NCBI GenBank assembly: GCA_043228905.1
Contig: JBHGNT010000486.1
Coordinates: 1 to 23,191, forward strand
DNA from: Azolla caroliniana
Lineage: Eukaryota; Plantae; Polypodiophyta
DNA: 23,191 bases
Direction of reading: 5' to 3'
The notes under the pieces are model-generated. The model saw nothing but the letters and a program-made list of their open reading frames with translations, made no database searches and had not been told where the DNA came from. Shown in pieces: positions 10,525 to 20,447 of the stretch; within the stretch, counting starts at the first letter, position 1, and each line of letters opens with the position of its first letter. The position numbers and the translations under genes were made by a program.

Positions 10525-11716
10525 ATGGCTTCAACATCCGGTACAAGAGTTCAAATCCAAAAATTCGACCGAAAAAAGCTTTGCCCTGTGGAAGCAGATG
10601 ATGCAAGATGTCTTGATCATCAGAAGACAGGTCTAAGCCATTCGACATAATGAAAAACCTACTTTGATGACAACCGAAGAGTGGAGATTAGTAGATGAAA
10701 TCGCGCGCTCCACCATCCGAATGCATCTAGCCAAAAACGTCTACTTCAGCATGGCCAAGGAGACGACAACTTTCTCGTTATGGGAGAAGTTGCAAGCAGT
10801 ATACGAAAAGAAGTCCTCCTCGTCGAAACTCATATTGATTCGACAACTATTCAATATGAAGATGAGAGAGTCGAATCCTACAACCTCCCACATCAACACC
10901 TTCAGCCGGGTATTGTCTAAACTCTCCTCATAAGGGATCAACTTCAAAGAAGAAGTGAAAGCCCTTGCCCTCCTATCGAGCTTGCCAACAAGTTGGGAGG
11001 TATTCTGCACAACATTCGCCAATAGCCGTCTGATCCTAAATCGACATGAGACCATCAACCAAGTCCTCACTGAGGATATTCAAAGAAAATTGATGGGACT
11101 CGCCATCAACGAATCGGCAGAAGCCCACCACTCGACCGAGTTGATCGAAAGAACAAGACGAAAAAACCGATCGAAACACTAATCAGTCGAAAACGAGGTG
11201 AGATCAACATTAGTCAAAGTCGAGAACGGGAAGATCAGGTGAATTTTGCACCCATTGTAGAAAAGTTGGTCACAATGTTCCCGCCTGCTAGTCAATCAAG
11301 AGGAAAGAGAGTAGTCAGTGATCCAAGCAGAATCGAGGACGATCCAACTCGAACCACTCTCTAGTCAGCAACCAAGTTAATGTTGCTAACACCCGATCAG
11401 GACAAATCCTCTCCTTAGAGGACTCGAGGATCAGATAAGTCCTCTACAGTGCGCAAGACACACATACATGGTTACTAGACTCTGGTGCCACATTCCACAT
11501 GACACCCAACATCGAATGGTTTTCGAACTATTCAATCGGCGCCATCGACACAATTTGACTAGGCAATGGGCAGGAATGCAAAATCGCCGGAGTAGGAGAA
11601 GTACCAATTCAATTGTCAATTGGCAACACAATTGTCCTACACCAAGTTCGGCATGTACGCGCACTGAAAAAGAGTCTAGTCTCCATCGGCATGTTAGCCG
11701 AAGATGGGTACAGAAT
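10525..11716 (+). pseudogene. gag: Copia A gag-protease remnant
   Basis: MASTSGTRVQIQKFD..FALWKQMMQDVL; ARSTIRMHL...LWEKLQAVYEKK (UBN2-type gag); CTHCRKVGHNVPAC at ~11247-11288; WLLDSGA at ~11468-11489. Multiple stops and frameshifts. Confidence 0.85.
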
Positions 11717-12405
11717 TGTAGAGAATAGTGCGGAATATTGCTCAGCCACAACCGAGTATTCAATCACTTCAATGAGAATCAAACACAAAAATGGGAAAAT
11801 AGGGAGAGAGCACACATACACACACACACAAAGTGATTGCCCTAAGTCATATTTATACTTATATGAACTTAGGGCTATTTACAAATATAGCCTCAATAGG
11901 CTTTACTCAAAACATATATACAAATATGTCTTCTCTTCCAGTTCTCACCGGGTCCATCCGATTCAGTTTCGGGGTCTCTTCTGGTTCTCACCGGGTCCTC
12001 TTCATTCATCACCGGATCCCATTCGGAGGGACCGATTTCCCAACAATCTCCCCCTTCACTCCGGCATGGGATGTCTCGCAAGCCCGATCCACTTTCAGCA
12101 AGCATCTAGCTTGTCGATTGTCAACACCTTGGTCAGCATATCCGACCCGTTCTACTCCGTGTGGGTCTTCATCAGCACGAACTCTTGATCTTCTACTCTC
12201 TCCCGGATCCAGTGGTACCTCCACTAGATATGTTTTGTCCGAGAATGGTAAGTTGTGTTCTTTGCAAGGTGGATGGCACTTTGATTGTTGCAGTAGAGCC
12301 GGTATTCCTCCTGTTGGATCCCTAGCTCTCCGATGAAGTCCTTCATCCAGATTATCTCCTTGCCGGCTTCTACAACTGCCATGTACTCCGCCTCTAGAGT
12401 AGTGA
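11717..12405 (-). mobile_element. Ty1/Copia element B: 3' fragment only (RNase H tail, PPT, 3' LTR 11717-12045)
   Basis: Minus strand reads EAEYMAVVEAGKEIIWMKDFIGELG...NQSAIHLAKN..YHSRTKHI...SDMLTK, then PPT AGTGAAGGGGGAGAT (12046-12060) and a TG...CA LTR of 329 bp. Confidence 0.88.
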
Positions 12406-12996
12406 CATAGTCTTCATGGAAGACTCCATTTTCTTAGAGTGGAACCAACAGAAAAAAGTGGGAAAAAAGGCCTCTTTCGAAATTGAGAAAGAAGCCGTAC
12501 AACTAACCCACCCAAGGCCAAAGGGAAAAATAGAACCGAGTCGGCTAAGTCTTCTACCTCTAAGTCAACTGATCTCGAAGAAAGGGAGGATGCCATGACA
12601 TCACCAAAATTCTACTACAGGGATGAGTCATCTAATAGGACTCCTAAAGACAGTTCAAGTAAAATACCGATTGGCCGATCGAGCCGACTGAAGAGTTTAA
12701 ACCAACAACATCGGCACCTAGGAGATCCGGACGAGTCAGAAGGCCTACAAAGTTTTATCAACAGGGCCTCGACTACGTCAACTACATGAATGCAGGCAAA
12801 CCAAATACTTACGAAGAAGCTATAGCCACACCGGATGCCAACACATGGCTACAAACCATACAATCCGAGTTGGACTCGATTCATCAGAATCAAACATGAG
12901 AGTTGGTCGAACAACCAACCATGAGAAAGCCACTACCCTACAAATGGGTCTTCAGATACAAATATGTATCTGACTTAGAGAAGCCCAAGTACAAAG

Positions 12997-15364
12997 TGTT
13001 AGGAATTGACTAGCCACAACCGGTTTCACGTTCGTATTCGTGTGCAGAAACCAAGAACTAGTGCACGGGCAAGAAAAACGTGAAGACATAGAGACACCTA
13101 TATTTTACGTGGAAAACCCAAAATGGGAAAAACCACGGGGGTCCACAAACCCCGAGAAAAACATATCACTATAGTAGAGAGGAAGTACAAAATACGGAAC
13201 TCGGATGTAACAACCTCGAGTTCTCCTTCGTCTGATAGATGGCTATAGAGTTACACTCTCACTCTCTCACTCACGGTTACAAAGGCAACTACCTCATTCT
13301 AACTTTACAATAATGATCAACTACACTCTACTATAAAGTTTGCCCTAGTTGCTTATATACAAAAGCAACTTTCTAGCTATTTACAAGTACAACCCACAAT
13401 GGCATTTTAGACTATTTACAATTATAGTCTTCCGAAGCGATTTTAGTTTTCAATTACGATTATGGTTTCGGTTTCACTTCCCATCCAGAGGGACATGTTT
13501 CTAACAAACTCCCCCATCACTCTGGCATGGGGTACTTCACCAAATCGACTCTTTGTCGGCACACGTTTAGCTTTTCGACTGATAACACATTCGGCAGCAT
13601 ATCTGATCCATTTTCGGCCATGTGGATCTTCACTGGAGCAAATTCTTTTTCTTCTACTCACTCTCAGAGCCAATTGGTACCTCCATTGGATGTGCTTTGT
13701 ACTCAAGTGGTAGCCGACATTTTTCGCAAGGTGGATGGTACTCTTGTTGTCGCAATAGAGTTGGAATTCTTCCTGCCGAATATCCAGCTCACCGATAAAC
13801 TCCTTCATCCATAAGCTTTCCTTGCAGGCTTCCACTGCGGTCATGTACTCGGCTTATGTGGTGACAACACCACGACCTTCTGCAATCTTGATTGCCACGA
13901 GACGGTTCCCCCTACATTAGTCATTATGTATGCGGACATGGATCCACGGGTATCTGCATCAACCGACATGTCTGAATCCGTGTAACTTTCCAATGTGGGG
14001 TTTCTTGAGCTGAAATGAAGACACAACCTCGTGGTGCCTCTCAGATATCATAGTATCCACTTCACGGCAGCCCAATGCTCTCTCCTGGGATTGCTCATAT
14101 ATAGGCTGACTACTCCGACAACGTATCCAATGTCCGGCCTAGTACAAACCATCGCATACATCAGGCTTCCAACCGCCGAGGCATAGGGGACTTTTGACAT
14201 CTCGGCTTTTTCGGTTTTCGATTTCGGGCATTGATCTTTGCTTAGCTTGCAGTTCGTCAACAGTGTCGAGCCAACCAATTTTGCACCTTCCATGCCGTAT
14301 CTTTGGAGCACCTTTGTCACGTACTTCTCTTGTGACATCCATATCAATTTCTTTGTTTGGTCCTGAACAATATGCATACCCAAAATTTGCTTTGTCAGAA
14401 CCATATCCTTCATCGAGAACAACCCACTCAAGGCCTTCTTCAGCCCTCAGATCTTCATATGGTTCCATCCGACAATCAACATGTCATCCACGTACAATAG
14501 GAGGATGAGGAAATTTCCTCCATTGAATTTCTTCACAAATATGCAGTGATCGGCCTACGTTTTGTGGTACTTGTTGTCAGTCATGAAGGATTCAAATTTT
14601 CAGTACCATTGCTGAGGTGCTTACTTCAACCCATACAAGCTCTTCCTTAACTTGCATACCAGGTTCTCTTTACCTTTCTTCACAAATCCTTCCGGTTGGT
14701 GCATATAGATCTCCTCTTCAAGATCACTGTGCAGAAACGTTGTCTTGACATCCAATTGCTCAACTTCGAGATCCATGCTAGCCACAATGCTCAACACGGT
14801 TCGGATTGACGTCATCTTTACCACTGGGGCAAATATTTTGTCGAAATTGACACCCTTCTTCCGCTGAAAACCTTTCATGACAATTCGTGCTTTGTACCTG
14901 GGTGGATTCCCACCATCTCTTGGTTTCAACTTGTATACCCATTTATTCCGAAGGGCCCTCTTTCCTCTTGGCAGTTTGGTCAGTTCATATGTGTGGTTCT
15001 CATGCAAGGAATACATCTCCTCTTGCATGGCACTCAACCAATTTCGGCTATGGGTATCTTCCTTAGCTTCTTCAAAGCTTTCCGGCTCCCCCTCATCGGT
15101 TACCAGTACACGCTCTTCATCCTGAAATCTTTGGGGGGGCCTCCTTTCTCTTAGGGGGTATGTACGGCCTCCATTCAGCACAATCGGTTCTTCTTCGACT
15201 TCTTCGGCCGATTTGAAATCGGTTCCTTGTTCGGCCGTTTCCCCTCGCTCTTCAGTCTGTTCTTGATTTTGCCGAGTATTAACTCGACCGACTGGCTCGG
15301 ATTCGATTTCAATTGAATCAGCTTCTACTCGATTTGGCCAAGCGTCGACTCGATAGTTGGAGAC
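12997..15364 (-). mobile_element. Ty1/Copia element C, 3' part (RT, RNase H, PPT, 3' LTR 12997-13506)
   Basis: 510-bp LTR bounded by TGTTAG...CTAACA; PPT GTGATGGGGGAGTT at 13507-13520; decayed pol follows; interrupted at 15364 by element D. Confidence 0.92.
13525..15364 (-). pseudogene. pol: Copia C reverse transcriptase-RNase H remnant
   Basis: EPESFEEA, NKWVYKLK, RYKARIV, QLDVKTTFLHSDLEEEIYM.QPEGF, SLYGLK, YVDD (14483-14494), PYASAVGSLMYAMVCTRPDI, YTDSD, CDNKSTIHLAKN. Stops and frameshifts throughout. Confidence 0.93.
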
Positions 15365-18300
15365 TGTTAAGAATTAGGTAAGTAATTAAGCAAGGGTTAA
15401 TTAGTACCTAATTATGTGATGTAGTTAAGCTAAGCAGAAGATTAAGTGATATGTGTGTGTATGTGTGTGAGAGGAAGAAAGAGAGGAAGATACACTTATG
15501 AACAACACAAGATGGGGGATGATTAATTGTATATTAAATTAGCATTATCATCATCAAATACAAAAATACCTTCAATGAGGTATATATAGATCTCATGTGT
15601 GAGGATAATATAGGTACAAAAGTGTAAGTCCTATACTAAATGTACTTAGGGAGTGGAGGATCTAGAATATCCCACTTAAGTACGAGGTCCTATTTAAGGC
15701 GTTATAGTCAACACTTCTAACTAGATTCTATCTAGGTAACTACGAAGTTACATGGTTGACTAACTATTTAAACTAAGTTGAGCTTGATCTCTCAACACAC
15801 CCCCTCAAACTCAAGTGTGAGGCATCCGACATCCACTTTGGCTTTCGTCGACTTTGTGTGCTTCTGTCTGGCCTTCGGTTTTCTTCGTCGTGGCAATCTC
15901 GGTTCCTCCCCCTCAAGCCGGTGATGAAGGCTTGTAGTGTGTGGGCGAAGGTCAACTACTTCCACCCATCGTGGGTTACGAGCCTCTTTGGTGGAGCTCT
16001 TGGGCTCTTGTTCGGCCTCTACCTTCAATGCGAAGACAGTGATGGGTCATATACTCATTGTAGCCGAGCCGAGTGACGAGGTTCTTTGCTCTAGATGAGT
16101 GTCGAAGTTTTTCGCTCGTCGATGTGAGCGCCTTCTTTGCTCTGGGTGTCCACATGATGGGTACACCAAACTCACTATCTAGTGAGCGAGCCAACACATC
16201 TGAATCATTGTCGTCGTCGTGGTCGACTTCGTATTTGGGCATCTTACCTTTGCCTTTGTCCAAGGTCATACTTGGCTGCGACGTGCTTGGAAGGCTTGAA
16301 GGCTCGTGTGGTCCACTTAGCTTAGTAGAGCTTGGACGGTCCTTTGATGAAGGTCTTGGCTGAATATCATCCTCCAAGTTGACGTCCAACTCTTCCTCAA
16401 TCGAGTCAGGTGGAGCCGAATCGCGCTTATACCAAGATGCCGATTCGTTGAAGACTACGTCTTGACTCACCCAAACCGCTCTGGTCGAAGGGTTATAGCA
16501 CTTGTATGCCTTCTTCTCGGACGAGTATCCTATGAGGATACATTCCTCCGACTTCGCGTAGGGCTTCTATTGTTGTTCATTCAGGATGCGTACATTCGCA
16601 ATGCTTCCGAACACCTTGAGGTGAGACAGGATCGACTTGCTTCCGACGAGGAGCTCATATGGAGTTAGCTTATGCACTCCATTAGTGGTGCATCGGTTCA
16701 TGAGATAGACGGTCGTGGATTCCACGTTGGCCCAATAGAAGCTCGGCATGTGCTTCTCATGCATCATGCCACGTGCTACCTCGAGTATTTGCCGATTCTT
16801 CCTTTCGACTACTCCATTTTGTTGGGGTGTATGTCGGCACGAGAATTCTCTTTGAATGCCTTCACTTCAAAGGTAGGAGGTGAATTCATCCGAGAAGTAC
16901 TCCTTTCGTCCGTCCGATCGTAGGCATCAATGTGCCGACCGGTTTCTTTTTCGACTTGGACCTTGAGCTTTTGGAAGTGGGAAAGCACTTCGCTCTTCTT
17001 CTTCATCGAAAAGATCCACATGTAGCGGGAGTAGTCATCGATAAAGGTTACGTAGTATTGGCATTCGCCAATCGTCGGCATTTGAGCCGGTCTCCATACA
17101 TCCGAATGTATGACGTCGAGGAGGCCTTTGCTCGTGTAGCTCTCCTTCAGGAATGAGAGTCAATGTTGTTTACCGAGTTGGCATGCTTCGCATACTCGGT
17201 CAACTCGTTTCGACTCGAATGCCAGAAGTCCGATGACAACTCCCTTTGATTGCATAGCTCGGAGCTGTTGGAGGTTGATGTGGCCGATTCTCTTGTGCCA
17301 TAACTCGATTTTTGTCTTGATTTTGAGACCTTTGGCATACATGGCCGAGTTCACCTCGTTCAAATCGAGGATGAACATGCGACCGTCTCTCCGTCCCTTG
17401 GTTATGAATCGGCCATCTTTCTCGATGAAAGAACCTTTGTTGTTGAAGCGGACTTGCATGCCTTGTTCCACGATTTGGCCGACCGAGTCCAAATTCTTTG
17501 TTATTGTGAGCATGTGCAAGACATTCTTGATGCAAGTTTGCTTGCCTTCTTTCACGAATGAGACATTGCCGATGTGCCGAATCGGATGTATGGTGTCGTC
17601 ACCCGTCTCTATGACGCCGGGTCGATCAGGTGTGCGCAAATCCCTGAACCACTCTTCGTGGGATGTCATGTGATGTGAGGTGCCGGAATCGACGAACCAC
17701 ACGTCTTCCGAGTTGGAGGTGCTCGTGGAGTCGAAAGCTGTCATAGAGTTCGCTCCATGTCTCATCACGAATAGACCACCGTAGTCATCCTATTCGGAGT
17801 TGTTGGCGTAGTTTGTGAGTTGTCGGCTTATCGAAGCTGACTTGCTTCTCTTTCTCCGACACTCCTCTTCGAAGTGGCGGATTTTGCCGCAATAGTTTCA
17901 AGCAATGGGCCACATTTGCTAACCTTGTTCGGCATGGAAGCTCCCCCTTCTTCTGAAGGTCCCTTGATGGATTCCGTCTTGTTGTGAAAGGTTTGAGTTC
18001 CCTTTGTGTGATGGGTCAAATCAACCTCTTCTACTGCCTCGACCTTGTCCTCGGCCATCATCCGAATTTGAGAAGAACATTTGTCCTTCCGATTTCTTGG
18101 TTTTGTTTTGGACATGGTTCTCTTCAACAATTAGCATTGATTAAAGGTCAAAGAATGAAGGAGGGTTTTCCCTCACCAAGATTGCCATCCTCAACGAGTC
18201 GAATCGTTGTGCGAGGCTGCCCAAGCATACTTGAACCATCTCGTCTTCATCGACGATTATGTTCATGGAGCCATGCAAGTTGCAAATGCTCTTGATCTTG

Positions 18301-18789
18301 GCGGTGTAGTCGGACATGGACATGTCTTTTTGCCGAATGTTGTTCAACTCTTGTCGGAGTTGAAGCTTTTGGGCGGTTGTGTTGGTGGCGAACATTTTCT
18401 TTAAGTTCGCCCAAGCTTCTTTAGGTGTCTTGGCGTCTCGAATGTCGCTAAGCATGTGGTCATGGACACATGTTGCCACACAATACATGATTCGACTTGC
18501 CGCTTGGTCCCATGTTGCGTAATCAACGTTCTTTGGGTCGGTTCAAATTTCTTGTGCGTCGTTGATGTAGCTCCAATACCCTTGGCCAACAAGGTATTGG
18601 GTCATCTTGTACTCCCAAGATGAATAATTGGGATCCAGTCTAGCTTTTTACTAGGCAACAAGCTACCCATTTGTGTGTTCATGTTGATTAGTGTCTTCTC
18701 TTCTTTTTATTTTCTCCCTTCGATCACGTACACGTGCTACGTAGCGGGGTGGACTTAGTGGATTTTCTAAGCCACACGCTCTGATACCA
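15365..18789 (-). mobile_element. Ty1/Copia element D, internally deleted (no RT/RNase H); 3' LTR 15365-15797, PBS 18778-18789
   Basis: 433-bp LTR TGTTAA...TCAACA; PPT TGAGGGGGTG abuts it on the minus strand; PBS TGGTATCAGAGC on the minus strand; the 5' LTR is displaced by the Gypsy insertion. Confidence 0.9.
15960..18682 (-). pseudogene. Copia D gag-protease-integrase remnant
   Basis: NYSSWEYKM..YLVGQGYW; AKTPKEAWANLKKMF (gag); degenerate zinc knuckle NYCGKIRHFEEEC at ~17865-17905; WFVDSGTSHHM protease; WHKRIGH...CEACQLGKQH; YYVTFIDDYSRY, FYWA...VYLMNR, TPYEL, SQDVVFNE (integrase). Confidence 0.92.
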
Positions 18790-18791
18790 TT

Positions 18792-19200
18792 TGTCATGAT
18801 ATAGCGAGACTCGAACCCATGACCTTATCTTACATGGGTCGAGCTCTTGACCATTAGATTATATGTTGTAATACGAAGAATATTATTTTCATTTAAGTTT
18901 TACTATAGGAAATTGATGTATATTCCAAATTTCTCTAGAACATTCTAGAAACTTCAGGAGTACTCCTGAGAACACTATAAAAGGAGGCAGAAGGCATTAT
19001 TTCGAACCAAATTGGTTCAATTCCAGTATTAAGCCTCCTAGCTACTATTGTATATTCTCTTAATATAATATATATCTTTTGTTATCATCATTCTCTGTCT
19101 CTCTGTTTGTCTGTCTCTCTCTCTCTCTCTTTCCTTCTCTCGAGAGTTCTACACCTCCTTTAGTACTAATTCCTTCTCTGTCTTAGTATTGTTCCTGACA
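18792..19200 (+). repeat. 5' LTR of Gypsy E (409 bp)
   Basis: TGTCA...TGACA termini, TATAAAA at 18976-18982, CT-rich U5. Only one LTR copy is visible, so the boundaries rest on the terminal inverted repeats. Confidence 0.8.
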
Positions 19201-19295
19201 GTTTGAACCGGTTTTTTCTCCTTCCTTCTCTTCCTTTATCTTCTTACTTCTCCCTCCCTTCATACTAATCTCTTATTCCTCTTTTCTCTCATACT

Positions 19296-20447
19296 ATGGC
19301 CACTGTTAGCACTCAAGAATATCAATCCGTTTTTTCAGAGTTGCAATGCTTGAAAGAGAAGTTTCTCGCATCGGAACAAGAAAAGCAAAGATTGTTGGGG
19401 GAGCTTCAACAAATCTCCTTAGAGAAGCAGCTGACGCAACAACAGCATGGGGAACTAGCGTTACGTGTGCAACAGCTCGAAGCAACCATAGTCGTGATGC
19501 AATAACAAGGACCCAGTACGCAAGGGGTTCATAAAGAACCCAAGATCAGCCTTCCCATGAAATTCGATGGAACGCGATCGCAGTTTAGAGGATTCCTTAA
19601 TCAGGTACGATTAGTCATTCAAATGCATCCTTCCCGATATCCCACTGATGCATCACGAGTGGGTTTAGTAGGCACGTTGTTAAGTGGCTCAGCTTTGGCA
19701 TGGTTCGCTCCGTTGTTAGAAAACGAATCTCCTTTACTAAACAATTTTGAAGAGTTTTTAAGTGAGTTTAAAGCCTGTTTTGGAGATAATGACAGCATAA
19801 GGACAACAATCAACAAAATCCGATGATTACGTCAAGGTGATCGTCTAGCCTCCGCATACGTTGCAGATTTGCGCCTACTCGCCTCCGATATCCCCTAGGA
19901 TGACCAAGCACTTATGGAGCAATTTCGTTATGGTCTACATAACGAAGTCGAGGATTTACTCTTGACCTTCCCCAAAGAGCCAAAGTCATTGACAGAAGCA
20001 ATTAGTCGCGCGGTGAGATGCGACAACCATCTTTTCGAAAGACATTCGGAACGTCAGTTCCAGATGTCAAGGGCAAGATCAAAGCCCACCTATGCCTCAA
20101 TGGTAGCAAAACCTTTTCCAAGGGAGTCATGTAATGCGTCTCCAGTGCATACTCCAACTCCAATGGAAATTGACACTACACGTTGTCGTGGACCATTATC
20201 GGAAGAAGAAAAGCAGCGACACCGAGCAAATCAACTATGTCATTATTGCAGTGGACCAGGGCATATTGCAATGAATTGTCCCCATAGGCCAAGAAGATAG
20301 GTGAACCAAATAGTTGCTAGTTCTAATTGTACTAAACCCGAGTCTATTTTAGTAGGAATATTTGATAGTCCTAATACTACTAATAACCCAAATCTATCAA
20401 ACAAATTTGATGTCCTTAGTCAATTAGAAGAAGAGTTAAACGACTAA
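19296..20447 (+). pseudogene. gag: Gypsy E gag (coiled coil, capsid, CCHC knuckle), several premature stops
   Basis: KEPKISLP.KFDGTRSQFRGFLNQ, LLSGSALAWF, QFRYGL, PTPMEID, CHYCSGPGHIAMNC; the frame continues to EEELND* at 20445-20447. Confidence 0.9.

Larger units (their letters stand above)
9977..12996 (+). mobile_element. Ty1/Copia element A (Tnt1-like), decayed; host of the nest; left LTR boundary approximate
   Basis: LTR ends ...CTAACA at 10300, followed by a tRNA-iMet PBS TGGTATCAGAGC (10303-10314; duplicate at 10423-10434). Gag, zinc knuckle and protease follow. After the element-B insertion come the integrase tail and RT start (PNTYEEA...W...ELDSIHQNQT*ELV...KWVFRYK...KYK), cut at 12996. 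Confidence 0.88.

Noticed and set aside
11613-12336. 191-aa and 167-aa plus-strand ORFs as novel genes
   Set aside because: Read-through from Copia A protease into the inverted LTR and RNase H of element B.
18797-18866. Functional tRNA gene
   Set aside because: No proper anticodon arm and mismatched T and acceptor stems; kept only as a tRNA-derived cassette.
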